A stretch of DNA of 63,969 nt, counting the filler, from Guillardia theta CCMP2712 (Eukaryota > Protista > Cryptophyta): the NCBI RefSeq assembly GCF_000315625.1. It is 6 parts of 6 records of this genome, joined end to end, with 100 filler letters (N's around TTAATTAATTAA, not from the genome) between each part and the next. Parts side by side here need not be neighbours in the genome. Positions count along the whole stretch, not along the records: positions 1 to 14,446 come from NW_005434316.1; 5 more parts are not named here. One strand, given 5' to 3'. Below, one piece after another: positions 1 to 11,368 of this stretch. The notes under the pieces are model-generated. The model had not been told where the DNA came from, did not search any database, and saw nothing but the letters and a program-made list of their open reading frames with translations. Position numbers and translations under genes: made by a program. Within the stretch, counting starts at the first letter, position 1, and each line of letters opens with the position of its first letter.

Positions 1-7
1 TGCAGGT

Positions 8-8
8 A

Positions 9-69
<61 letters not shown>

Positions 70-115
70 CTCTGCTCCTGCTCCTGCTCAAGCTCCTGCT
101 CCTGCTCCTGCTCCT
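8..115. repeat. (CTCCTG)n microsatellite
   Basis: Direct hexamer array. Confidence 0.9.
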
Positions 116-919
116 CCTTCTCGTCACAGTTGTCTGCAGTCGTTTCTTTCATCTTGGGATCCTCTCAACGACCCTCAAGCTCCTGTCACAGCCATGCGAG
201 CATGGCGCAAGCTCCTGCGCTCAGACTTTGAGAGGTTCTCCTGCTGCTGCTCCCGCTCCTGCTCTACATCTGCTGAACACTCCTAGTCGACTGCCAATGA
301 GCTCCTGTCCTGTCCTGTCCTGTCCTGTCCTGTGCTATCCTCTCACTTTCTCCCTTCAGTGACTCCGGCGGAGGCCCCACCGCTCTCTTCGCGATGCAGC
401 ACGGGGAGGAAGACGCTGAGCTCGACGCTGAAGCATTTTTACAGCTTGTGGAGGAGGTGAGGCTCAAGGAGGGAGGGAGAGGAGGAGGGAGGCAGTGAAC
501 TTGTGGACCTATCCCTTCCTCCCTCGTTCTCCTCCTCCCTCCTCCCTCCTCCCTCCTCCCTCCTCCCTCCTCCCTCCTCCCTCCTCCCTCCTCCCTCCTC
601 CCTCCTCCCTCCTCCCTCCTCTCTCCTCTCTCCTCTCTCCTCCCTCCTCCCTCCTCCCTCCTTAATCCTCAATCCCTCCTTCCGCCGGGCCTCCTCTCGA
701 CGCTTACAATGCCACAGGTTGTGCCATGCCACCCGCCTTAAGATCTGAGCTGAATACTCAAAGCATCTCCACTGGATCACGTAAAGATGTAGTACTTTGA
801 AGCTCCTTGCACGAGACCCTGTGGCTCTGCTGCATTTCATAGTCAAAACAAACTTCGACCAGGTTCAGTCTTAGTCGAACCGATATGATCCCGTTCCTGA
901 ACGGAGCCTCTGACCCCTT

Positions 920-3365
920 TCCCGTACTCCTCTCCTCCTCCGCCTCTGCCACCCGCTTCTTCCCCCGTCCGCACGCGTTCGCTTGCGACTCCCGCGCGAG
1001 CTGGACCTTGACCCTGGCCGCCAGGATGTTGTCCAGGCAGCTCCTCCTCGCCGAAGACACGCTGGGCAGGAGGGCAGGCGAGAGCTGGGGCTTGACAGGG
1101 GAGGAGGGAGGAAGGGAGGAGCAAGAGCTACAGGAGGGAAGGGGGGAGGGTCTTGAGGATCGGAGAAAGAGAGGTCGGGCAAGGAGGGTAGAGGAGAGGG
1201 AGACGCGGGACCAGGAGACGGGGGAGATAGAGCACATTCACTTGGTACTGATAGCACGAACATGCTTGTTGCGTAGTCCACAGGCGCGTGACGAGAGTGG
1301 AGAAGGAAGGAGAGTGGAATGGCCAGACATGAACCAAAGGAAGCAGGGGAGGGACTCCTTGAGGTCGTTGGCAACGTCGAGTCAGGCTGTACATCATCTC
1401 ATATGCTGGATGTGCCACCTTTCTTTTCTCCACGTTGTCCATCTCAGGTGTGGGTCAGGGCGATCTTAGCTGATGAATCATCTCAGCACTTCACTGCTTG
1501 ATGACTTGCAGGTCATGGACGACTCTTGTGACGACTGTGAGGGTGTCAGTGTGAACGTTGGGTGAGCTACAAGATTGATACTGGAATGCACAAAAATGCT
1601 GGGTCCCTCCCGGCTCCTCCTCGTCGCTTCCTTTATGGATCTTTATTCTATTATCTACATCATATACACTCCTTCTCTCGAACTCCATTCCTCGCGCTCC
1701 TTGATCACTCCTCTACTCCTCCTCCTCTGCCACCCGCTTCTTCCCCCGTCCGCACGCGTTCGCACGCGTCTCTCGCGCGAGCTGGACCTTGACCCTGGCC
1801 GCCAGGATGTTGTCCAGGCAGCTCCTCCTCGCCGAGGACACGCTAGGCAGGAGGGCAGGCGAGAGCTGGGGCTTGACAGGGGAGGAGGGAGGAAGGGAGG
1901 AGCAGGTGCCACAGGATGGAGGTGGGGAGGGTCGGGAGGAACGGAGAGGGCGGGCAGGGAGGGTAGAGGAGAGGGAGACGCGGGACCAGGAGACGGGGGA
2001 GATAGAGCACATGGGAGGGAGGGAGGGAGGGAGGGAGGGAGGAAGATGGAGGGTAGAAGGTAATGAAGCAAGCAGCTGCGTTGAAAGCAGGAGCAGGAGC
2101 GAGAAAAAGGGGGCGAAAAGACTCCCCTGTGGTAAAGAGTCACGAGGGAGCAAAAAAGAATGCGGCCTCCTAGTGGAGATTTTCTGTTCCTCGAGGAACT
2201 GCTAGTATCTCAGATACCTTGAGCCTGCCGAGTCCGTGAATAGAGAACGGACTAGTCGAAACAGTCGGATGCTCTTCTTGTCAGTTGTTCATAGCAAACA
2301 GCGTCTGACTCTACTTGCCTGAAGAACGCGCTGGCTCAGCTTCCAACATGCCCCATCTCTTCTGTCCCCATGCTCCCTCCTCCTGACTCGTCCCTCCCCT
2401 GATCGCCCTCACCTCTCCCGCTCTTCGCTGTCTGCCTTCACGTGTTTGCTATGACCTCGAAGCCTCAAAGCTGCCTTCTGGCATCGGAACTGTTTTCAGC
2501 TCCGGTTAGTAGGTGCTGCTCCAAGTGCTGATACAGGTGGATGAGAAGCCGATCAAACGGCAGCAAACCAGGGTTGTTACAGATCTATGAGAGCACAGAG
2601 TGAAGAACAGCCCAAGACTCAATCGGAGAGATCTTCATGTCCTAGCGAGCAGCTGTAGCCTGCCCTGAATGTTGTGATCTAGGAGACGCAGTTCTGCATT
2701 GTTCTCGTGAACTACTTGTTCTCGGACGGTGAATTTACAGAACTGATCGATGGTCACCGACATCGCTCACACGTCACACCCTGACTGCTTCCCCTTTCGT
2801 CCGTGTCTGCCCCCTCCCCTGCCTTCCCTGACCCTGCTTCCTCGTCACGATAGCACCTCTCGCGATGCATCAGCTGCTGATCCCAGTAGCAGCAGCAGTA
2901 TCACTGATGTAGGCGCGCTACACAACAAGCGTGTCATGTTGCTCCCCTCCCGGCTCCTCCTCGTCTCTTCCTGTACGGATCTTTATTCTATTATCTACAC
3001 CATATACACTCCTCGATCGTCATTATTCCAGCCCCCTCCTCTCCTCCTCCGCCTCCGCCTCCGCCATCTTCCGCTTCTTCCCCCGTCCGCACGCGTTCGC
3101 TTGCGACTCCCGCGCGAGCTGGACCTTGACCCTGGCCGCCAGGATGTTGTCCAGGCAGCTCCTCCTCGCCGAAGACACGCTGGGCAGGAGGGCAGGCGAG
3201 AGCTGGTGCTTGACAGGGGAGGAGGGAGGAAGGGAGGAGCAGGTGCCACAGGATGGAGGTGGGGAGGGTCGGGAGGAACGGAGGAGAGGTCGGGAAGGGA
3301 GGGTAGAGGATAGGGAGACGCGGGACCAGGAGACGGGGGAGATAGAGCACATGGGAGGGAGGGAG
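920..3365. repeat. Three dispersed copies of a ~320-430 bp module (~920-1237, ~1604-2030, ~2944-3365)
   Basis: Shared core TCCCCCGTCCGCACGCGTTCGC...GAGCTGGACCTTGACCCTGGCCGCCAGGATGTTGTCCAGGCAG...GAGACGGGGGAGATAGAGCAC; copies 2 and 3 share an extra left segment (GGATCTTTATTCTATTATCTACA). Confidence 0.9.
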
Positions 3366-3794
3366 GTAGGTTAGCAGAAGCTGGGAGGAGGAGCAAGAGT
3401 TTCGTGCCAGGGACGAGGGCTTGCACTGCGGCAGTCTGGGATCACTGCAAGGCGCTGGGCAGATTTTCAACTACTCCTGTGCTTTTAAGAGGTGGGGAGA
3501 GGAAAATCCCCTTTTAGCAACGAGCGGAGACGAAGTCCGAAGGAGCTGTTATCGAACTCGGAGGCTCCTGAAAACAGATCTATTCGGCCCTGGAGGCTGC
3601 CTTTGGTAGTAAAGAGTCACGGGGTAGCAGCAGTCAGAAGGACTGAACTGGCTACCGACCCCTTCATGATCTCAAGATCGTTGCCGGTCACGGATTGATT
3701 TACAACGGTTTTAAAATGGCCCCAGTGCTCCCATGCCGGTACTGAGGAGTGACTGACCCGGCCCTTCCCGGCATTTCAGAGCCTCCGAGCCTTT

Positions 3795-4206
3795 GGGCCG
3801 TTTCACGCCGAGCCCAAAGCTCGAGTTTTTTCAGAAGTTTTAAATTCATTTGAAATTTACATGTTTTTAAAGCTGAAATTATCATGTGTAGCCCATGCTA
3901 AGGGTTCGATATTTCATAACAAACATCCCGGTATTTAAAGGCTATCATACAACCTAGGCTCCCTTTCAATCTGATTTCAAACGATTAGTTTGACCAACTG
4001 TAGCCTCCACCCACCCCTTCTTTTGTTGAATTAAATTAAGGGTACTCATTTTGCTGACAAACTCGACCGCAACGGTTCACCATCTCGACCTTTGGAATTA
4101 AATTGTACTTTTATGTCATTGGGCCAGATGATTTCAATTTGTTTGAGTAAAAATAGTACCACGCTTGCTGACAAACTCGACCATTGGGCTCGGCGTGAAA
4201 CGGCCC
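3795..4206. mobile_element. Non-autonomous MITE, PIF/Harbinger (Tourist)-like
   Basis: Perfect 23-bp TIR GGGCCGTTTCACGCCGAGCCCAA (3795-3817 / 4184-4206), imperfect to ~40 bp; 3-bp TTT duplication on both sides; AT-rich non-coding interior. Confidence 0.75.
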
Positions 4207-4295
4207 TTTCAGTAGGAACATTGACGGTACTCCCGGGCCCGAGGTCTCATGCCGTTGTAAACTTACCAGTAATTGACGGAAATAACTACCAAATC

Positions 4296-4329
4296 TTTAC
4301 TCAAAGTTAAGTTAAAATCAGTACGAGGA
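4296..4329 (+). repeat. Dispersed ~33-bp intergenic motif, copy 1 (others at 19005, 51903, 55690, 56333, 56390)
   Basis: TTTACTCAAAGTTAAGTTAAAATCAGTACGAGGA. Confidence 0.85.
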
Positions 4330-4836
4330 CAATCAGGAGAGTCGAGGAGGCTTGACCATGACACTGTCGCACAGGCCAACCCTGAAAGTTGAGGCTGCCA
4401 CGGACAACAGTCCGACGGTCGCAACAAGGACCTCGCGGGCCGGCAAACGGGAGGCTTAAGTGTACACCCCCAGCCCGGGCAGGGCGGCACCGTGACGGTG
4501 ACCCGGCGTACTGGGCCCGGCGGGGCGGGTGAGTCGGCGCCGGGGCCTGACACAGAACTTCGAAAGTTACTGAGGTTCCCACAGGCCGGACGTGAACCTC
4601 TGCTCAGCATTCAGTCGCTATGGCAGGTGTGGAGAGCTGAGCTGCGCGATAGGCAGAGAAGCTGAGGAGGAGAAAGAGCTGAGGAGGAGGAGTATGAGGG
4701 ATCATCGAGGTCCTCAAGGTAGATGAGATAGACGTCAAGGTGCAGGAGGTAGAGGCCGCAGGAGAGAGTGGAGAGAGAAAGTGGAGCTTCAGCGAAGGTC
4801 AGATCTATAGGGGACAGCTTATCGTACGGGGTTGGA

Positions 4837-5492
4837 ATGTCTGTCGAATTCAAAACTATCCTGAAGCCGAAGTTCTGCTACATGCGAGTTCAACTGAGCA
4901 TTGCGAATGTTCCATCGACATTTCTTGATCTTCGGATGTACAAGAGCGTAGTTATCTCTTCCATCCACGACATGTACGGCGATGTTGGGCTGCCAGGAAC
5001 GATCGACGTGATTGAGATGATGGAAGACAAATCCGCGATCATCCGCGCTCCATTCGAGTGGGTGCTCCTTCTCCCATCAACTTATCCTCCGCCTTAATCT
5101 CCTCCTCACCTCGACCGCTAGAACCTTCTCCTCCTCCTCTTCCTCCTCCCCTTCTACCACATCTACCTCCTCCACTCCTCTTCACCAGTCTTCCTTTCGT
5201 TTGTCTTGCTATGCACCTGCACCTGCACCTGCACCTGCACCTGCACCTGCACCTGCACCTGCCCCGGTGTTTCCCTCACCAGTCCAGCAGGAAAGCGACA
5301 GAGCTCAGAAACGCTCTGTCCTTCAAGTCAAAGTTTGACGGCAACGAGTGCGTTCTGCGAGTGCTCAAGGTACATCGGAAGAGCTGAGAAGTCTTCCTCG
5401 CTCTGATCCCATGACAGGTCGCTGGTACTCTGATCTCGGTGCAGAACACTGGGACTTTCCAGCATCAGTCGCTACCAGAACCGTGTGCGTGA
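4837..5492 (+). CDS. RNase P/MRP subunit, Rpp14/Pop5 family (3 exons)
   Basis: Exons 4837-5057, 5291-5369 and 5418-5492 splice in frame through GT-AG introns: MSVEFKT...YMRVQL...SIHDMYGDVG...SAIIRAPFEKATELRNALSF...LRVLKVAGTL, a pattern typical of Rpp14/Pop5. Confidence 0.7.
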
Positions 5493-5639
5493 TGGTTGTG
5501 CTGAGGAGGAGGAGAGGGGGGGTTGGAGAGTGGAGATGCTCTCTCAGGGAGGAACGTGCTGTTCTGATTGTGAGGAATGTTTTGCTGAGGATTCTTTCCG
5601 CGCAAGTTAGGTGCTTGATGATTATGTTCAGAACTTTTA

Positions 5640-6120
5640 CCAGGCACTATCACGTGAAACCCTCCATCTACAAGTATCGCTACGGGTGCGCATCAAAGGG
5701 AGTTTGCTAGTTAGATGCAAACATACACATAGGTCAAAGAGATTTTCTTTCCTTGGCTCTTTTTCTTCCTCCTCGTCCCCGTCCTTTCTCCCCGCTAAAA
5801 GCTTCAGTCCTTCCTGCTCGATCGCTTCTTTGGCTGTAGGGATAGTCAGCCAATACTCCTCGGATATCATGACTAAAACGGCGGCGGCGGAGCAGGAGCA
5901 GGAGCAGGAGGCAGGAAGGAGGAGAAAGGAGGAAGAGAGGAGGCAGGATGGTAGAGCAGGGGTACCTTGCTTGATGCAGCAGCTCCTGGAGTGCTGATCT
6001 CCTCGATCTCTGCGCAGGAATGAGTTTAGCTGATTCGATTTTGTCGTGGCTAATTCTTTTACCTTCATCCTCAGCATCTTCGGCCTTGTCTACATCGCCA
6101 ACATCAGGATTCTTCCTTCC
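5640..6120 (-). CDS. 3' exons of a hypothetical protein
   Basis: Non-low-complexity peptide blocks (VLVMISEEYWLTIPTAKEAIEQEGLK...) separated by pyrimidine-rich introns; no recognisable family. Confidence 0.3.
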
Positions 6121-6978
6121 CAGCTCCTGGGGGAGGGAGGGAGGGAGGGAGGGAGGGAGGGAGGGAGGGAGGGAGGGTGGTAGTTGTAGGAGGCGTCTGA
6201 GGAACTCTGAGGAGTGTCATCGAGATTCGAGATACACGACGACCAAACTCACTAGGACGTGAGGGTATCCCAAAGATGGCGGCAGACGCTTCTAGCCAGC
6301 TAGCATATCCGTAGGCAGTCCTGCTAAGAAGACAAGCACCNNNNNNNNNNNNNNNNNNNNNNNNNNNNNNNNNNNNNNNNNNNNNNNNNNNNNNNNNNNN
6401 NNNNNNNNNNNNNNNNNNNNNNNNNNNNNNNNNNNNNNNNGCAGTCTGTGATTTGAGGAGTTTCCGTCTTCTGCAGTCGAATTGCGCGCGTTGAGAGCGA
6501 TCGGTCGATTTAAGGAACTGAGGATGCTGGTACAGCTCCTTATCGGCTGTATACCCATAGCTTGCAAATGTCTTAGAGGAGATCTCGTTCATAATCTGTC
6601 ACATTTGGTATCTTGCGGATTCAGTTATGGGGAGGCATCTCCCGAGGGCATTGGTACGACATCGATACAGGGCTTGCGGATCCCAACGAGCCCAACATAT
6701 GCAGCAACGGCTTGGGAAGGAGGAGGAGGAGGAGGAGTAAACTAGATAATGTCGCAGTTTCGAGGGAGGGAGGGAGGGAGGAAGGGAGATAGAGGGCAGA
6801 AGGCAAGGGAGCAAACAGCTGCGTTGAAAGCAAGAGCAGGAGCGAGAGGGATGTGGCGGGGTCGGAGTCAGATGTTCATAGCAAACAGTAGGTGTCAAAC
6901 CGTACACCCACTGATGCCACCGGAACATCCGAGGCACAGCTTGCAACGTGTGCTGCACATGCTGAGGCACAAGTGAAT

Positions 6979-7227
6979 ATGTCTGGTCATATGAGCTTCA
7001 AAGGTCAACCTGGTCAGGATGGCTTTAGACGTCGTGTAATGATTGTCACTGCGATGATGGGCATTCCAGCAAAGAAGCTTTTTGGAAACTGCAGGGACAA
7101 AAAGCACTTGTATTGTGATGCTACTGAAGCTTTGAATCAAGATCCATTGTTTGCAGGTGGTTTGAAAGACAAAACGACCAGAGACAAATGGCATGACAGC
7201 ATGCTCGTAGTGGATACCATTACACAA
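6979..7227 (+). pseudogene. Myb/SANT-like (Harbinger accessory) DNA-binding ORF, 5' half, interrupted by the LTR element
   Basis: KKHLYCDATEALNQDPLFAGGLKDKTTRDKW resembles trihelix/MADF helices; joins in frame to 13163-13393 when the retroelement is removed. Confidence 0.55.
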
Positions 7228-7438
7228 CACAGAGGTTCAGAACGAGGCTAAGTAGAAGTTAGGAGATAACTTGAGAGCAAGAGAACAAAGGTAGACTACG
7301 TTTACTTAAGGTAAACTGCACACTCGCACTGCGCACGGTAGCGCATGCGCGTCAAAGGGAGGCCGTATTTAGATGTCAGGGCGGATACTAAGTACCCGTA
7401 CGAGTATCCGAGACGTCCGGATCCTCACGGATACAACA
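7221..7438 (-). repeat. 3' LTR (outer 7 nt missing)
   Basis: Identical by eye to 12944-13161. Confidence 0.93.
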
Positions 7439-7510
7439 TCGCTCCCATCTGCGCTTGACAACATAGTTCCATCTTGTCCTTCGCTGTCACATGAGGATCG
7501 ACGACGAGGA

Positions 7511-10500
7511 TCAATTGTCTGAATCAGAAGAGTCCGACGGCGGAAGCGCGGAGGTGGGGAGAGCTTGAAAGTCCTGACGGGCTTCGAATTGACGAATCAA
7601 TTCACGCAATCCTGTCTTGCGTTGCAGAAGATGCGCAGGCAACCAAGTGCTTTCGCTAGCTTGATTGTAACCAGTCCATTTGACGAGATATTGAGTGCCA
7701 CGGCCACGACGACGTTTGCTGAGAATGCTCTCGATTTCATATTCGAGGCCGTCGCGAGTGACGAGCGGGTCAGGCGGTAGGTCTGGCGACATGTAAGCAG
7801 GATCTCTGTCGACGTGAGGTCGAAGCCACTTGATGTTGATCACGGTGTTCCTGATGGAAGCAAAGCGCGATGAGACTTCGAGACGCACAGTGTTGTCCGA
7901 GACAAACTCCAGGATGCGAAAAGGGCCGACGAAGCGAGGGTTGAGCTTGGCAGAAGCGTCGGGAAGGTTGAGGTTGGCAGTGGAGAGCCAGACCATGTCA
8001 CCAACTTGGTAACTGCAGGGTCGACGAGCAAGAGCTAGGCGATCCTCGGTGGCACGAGCAGCTTGTTCCAGGGCGTCACGAGCGGCTTGAGCGCTGACTT
8101 CAGAGGCTTCGATGATGGAATCTAACGTTTCCTCCTGATGATCAGCGGCAGCTGGAAGAGTGAGCTGAGTGCGGATCTGCTTGCCAAACATCACTTCGAA
8201 GGGGCTGAGTCCAGTAGGACGTCGCACGGCGGCGTTAAGATGGGTCTCCAGGATGGGAAGATACTTGTCCCAGTCGGCACGAGGGTACTGATTGCAGTAG
8301 ATGCGAAGAGCTTCGAGCACAACTGAGTTCATACGCTCGGGTCGGCCGTTGCTTTGAGGCATGAAGGGCGACGAATGCTTGACGTGAACGTTGAGCATCT
8401 TGAAAAGCGCATTCCAGAACTTGGAGGTAAAGATGGCAGCGTTGTCGCTGATGAGAACCTTGGGAAGGCCTTGCGAACGAAACACTGTCTCGATGAACTT
8501 CTGAGCGGCTTGCTCAGAGGTAATGGTTTTACGACAAGGTGTCAGGTACACCCGTCCTGTGAACTCATCAATGAAGAGTAAAATAGAATCATTCTTATCT
8601 GAGGTCCGAGGTAGGCCAGTGAGGAGGTCGAGAGACACGACTTCGAATCGGTTGGCCGGCACTGCGTGGGAGTGCGGGTTGCCCATCTGCTTTGGGCGAT
8701 AGGACTTGCCTTGAAGACAGTGAGTACACGAGAGGATGTACAGCTCGGTGTCCTTGCGGAGTTGAGGCCAGTAGACGGTCGCGGCGAGTTGTAAGTAGGT
8801 CCGCGAGAATCCAAGGTGAGACTGCAGATCGTGAGCACGTTGCAAGACTTCGCGCCGAAGAGCTTGAGGAATGCAGAGGCGCACGCGACGTAACGAATCT
8901 GTGTAGAAGAGTAGGCCGTCGTCGAGATGATACCGGGAAACAACTGTCTTGGATTGCAGACGTCGAATGATGTCCTGACTGAACGAGCAGGCAGGGTAAG
9001 CGGCTCGAATAGCTTCGGTAAGCGGTTCGAGGGTGCTCACGGTGAACGCAAGCAAGTATCCGTCTTCAGGACGGATGAGCTGCTCATGATGCGGAGCATC
9101 AGTGGAAAGGGCAGGGAGAGGAACTTCGTCCTGGCGGCTGAGAGCATCAGGCACGATGTTTTCGGAGCCTTTCACATAGCGAAACTCGGTGATAGCAAAC
9201 TCGCTGAGGGTCTGGAGCCAGCGGATGAGACGACTGCTGAGCTCTTTCTGAGTTTGGAAGTAGGTCAAAGCCTGATGATCAGTAAAGACTTTGAACGCGA
9301 TGCCAAGAAGATAAAAGCGAAAAAACAAGAGAGTATCCTTGATTGCAAGAAGTTCGCGCTCAGTGGCATGATAGCGCTGTTCGGTTGGCGTGAGCTTGCG
9401 ACTGTAGAAACCGACTACGCGAGCGGATCCTTGAGCGGGCTGTTGTAAGAGAACACCTCCGATACCGACATTGGATGCGTCGCAATGTACTTCCGTGGGC
9501 AGAGTTGGATCAAAGTGATGAAGAATCGGCTGGGAGGTCAAGGCGGCTTTGAGAGAATCAAAGGCCTGTTGACACTCAATGGTCCAAGAAAAAGCGACGC
9601 CTTTACGAAGGAGATCAGTGAGCGGGGCAGCAATCATCGAAAAGTTTCGGATAAATTTGCGATAATATGACGCCAGTCCGAGGAACATTTTGACATGCTT
9701 GGCTGTAGTAGGCGTCGGCCAAGCGGAAATAGCAGCGGTCTTGGCGGTCTGCGTGGTCACACCTTCAGCAGACACATGATGACCGAGGAAATCGACACTG
9801 GTGCGAAAGAATTGAGCCTTAGATTTCTTGAGAAAAAGTTGATTTTGACGACAACGGTCCAAGACGGCTCGAACATGATCAGCATGTTCTTCCCATGTCG
9901 AATAGGTGCCGATCACGATGTCATCGATGTATGCGAATGCAGCCGGAAGATCATGAAGGACTTGTTGAATAAATTCTTGAAAGATGCTGGTGGCTGTAAC
10001 AAAGCCGAATGGCAGGCGCTTGTATTGAAAGCGACCTATGGGGGTGACGAACGCAACGTACTTGCGGTCGGAAGCGCGCACTAGCAGTTGCCAGAAGCTT
10101 TTGATACAATCCAAGGTAGTGACGCAGAGCTGCGTGTTAGGACGTCTAGCAGCCTGACCTTGGCGAACGATGTCCGCGAGACGTTCGAGCATCTCGTCGA
10201 CCGTGGGAGTAGAGACTTTCGGTTGATTCAAGACGACCTGGTTCAAGCGGCGCAGATCACAGCAAAAGCGATAACTCTTGGGATCAAGTGGGGAGCGAGG
10301 GTCGTTTGGGCGTCGAGAGAAGAGTACGGGAAAGCCAAACTCACTGGATGACGGCTCAATGATGTCATGCTCAAGCATATATTCGATGGTGGCTTTCAAT
10401 TCGCCTTCCAGGTGAAGCGGCACGCGATATGGGCGGCTGTTAATAGGCAATGTCCCGGGCTTGAGATGAATCTCGGCTTCGAACGAGCGATTAAGCTTGA

Positions 10501-11359
10501 GGTTGGTCGGAAGGTCGTCGACCAAGATGTCTGCATATTCAGTGCAGAGGTCGGCAGCTAGGCGAGCTGGGGTACCCGTGAGGGGGTCGGTAGTGGATGC
10601 TGAGGACGAGTCCGGAGCGATAGCCATACATTGCACAAGGAACCACTCGTCCTCCGGATGGGCAGCGCGAAGGGCATGCGCATCCGTCAGCGAGAGTGTT
10701 GTGACGGCCAGCACAGAGTTGTCGTAAGGAATCTGGTGCAGACTTGGCAGACAGACGGGCTTGGCTGATGACTTGCTGTCCACGTAGACTTCGCGTGTCT
10801 TGGGATGATAGACAGCGTTGTGAGCGTGTATCCACTGGAGGGAGAAGATCAGTGGCTGGGAACAATTCGGTAAGATATGAAACGTATCTGTAAAAGAAAG
10901 ACGTCCAATGCGATAGGTCAGCGAGATGGAGCCGAGAGTTTCCACGCGCCGATTGTCGGCGACTTGAACCACAAATCGATGTTCGCGAGAAATGCGAGTG
11001 TCAGCGATTTTCAGCTGGCGAAGAAGTTGCTGGGAGACGATGTTGAGTGTAGCACCATGGTCCAGCAGAGCAACGGTTTCTGTTGCAGACGCATTCGAGG
11101 ATGAACCGAAACAAACAGGTAAGCGAATGAGTTCGGGTAAGATGAGCTCGAGAGTAGCCGAATTGCAACTCTGACTCGGGGCCAAGCAGGGGCAGATGTT
11201 GATCTGACCCGTGGAAGAAGACGTGAGGGTGGTACACGTCGCAGGAGGCAGCACAAAAGAGCTTGGCAAAGACGTACGGGTGCTGGAACCTGGTAAGGGA
11301 GGGGCATTAAGCGAATTGCCGGCAGGAAGGTCTGTGGACCCCCTCTTTCCTGCCGTCAC
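7511..11359 (-). CDS. pol: Pol polyprotein: aspartic protease, RT, RNase H, integrase, chromodomain
   Basis: ALLDHGAT (PR); LPFG and YIDD (RT); DAS, ELLA, TDH (RNase H); HHCC zinc finger; SLD/ISD/PER (integrase DDE); GPF motif; YEIESIL...YLVKWTGY...STW chromodomain. Confidence 0.97.
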   Translation of the reverse strand: MTAGKRGSTDLPAGNSLNAPPLPGSSTRTSLPSSFVLPPATCTTLTSSSTGQINICPCLAPSQSCNSATLELILPELIRLPVCFGSSSNASATETVALLDHGATLNIVSQQLLRQLKIADTRISREHRFVVQVADNRRVETLGSISLTYRIGRLSFTDTFHILPNCSQPLIFSLQWIHAHNAVYHPKTREVYVDSKSSAKPVCLPSLHQIPYDNSVLAVTTLSLTDAHALRAAHPEDEWFLVQCMAIAPDSSSASTTDPLTGTPARLAADLCTEYADILVDDLPTNLKLNRSFEAEIHLKPGTLPINSRPYRVPLHLEGELKATIEYMLEHDIIEPSSSEFGFPVLFSRRPNDPRSPLDPKSYRFCCDLRRLNQVVLNQPKVSTPTVDEMLERLADIVRQGQAARRPNTQLCVTTLDCIKSFWQLLVRASDRKYVAFVTPIGRFQYKRLPFGFVTATSIFQEFIQQVLHDLPAAFAYIDDIVIGTYSTWEEHADHVRAVLDRCRQNQLFLKKSKAQFFRTSVDFLGHHVSAEGVTTQTAKTAAISAWPTPTTAKHVKMFLGLASYYRKFIRNFSMIAAPLTDLLRKGVAFSWTIECQQAFDSLKAALTSQPILHHFDPTLPTEVHCDASNVGIGGVLLQQPAQGSARVVGFYSRKLTPTEQRYHATERELLAIKDTLLFFRFYLLGIAFKVFTDHQALTYFQTQKELSSRLIRWLQTLSEFAITEFRYVKGSENIVPDALSRQDEVPLPALSTDAPHHEQLIRPEDGYLLAFTVSTLEPLTEAIRAAYPACSFSQDIIRRLQSKTVVSRYHLDDGLLFYTDSLRRVRLCIPQALRREVLQRAHDLQSHLGFSRTYLQLAATVYWPQLRKDTELYILSCTHCLQGKSYRPKQMGNPHSHAVPANRFEVVSLDLLTGLPRTSDKNDSILLFIDEFTGRVYLTPCRKTITSEQAAQKFIETVFRSQGLPKVLISDNAAIFTSKFWNALFKMLNVHVKHSSPFMPQSNGRPERMNSVVLEALRIYCNQYPRADWDKYLPILETHLNAAVRRPTGLSPFEVMFGKQIRTQLTLPAAADHQEETLDSIIEASEVSAQAARDALEQAARATEDRLALARRPCSYQVGDMVWLSTANLNLPDASAKLNPRFVGPFRILEFVSDNTVRLEVSSRFASIRNTVINIKWLRPHVDRDPAYMSPDLPPDPLVTRDGLEYEIESILSKRRRGRGTQYLVKWTGYNQASESTWLPAHLLQRKTGLRELIRQFEARQDFQALPTSALPPSDSSDSDN

Positions 11360-11368
11360 TCGTTTCCC
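11297..11368 (-). promoter_or_regulatory. -1 programmed ribosomal frameshift signal (G GGA AAC plus downstream pseudoknot)
   Basis: Slippery heptamer at 11368-11362 in the gag tail frame (TCG GGA AAC GAG TGA); pol lies in the -1 frame; stem CGGCAGGAA/TTCCTGCCG starts 6 nt downstream. Confidence 0.8.
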
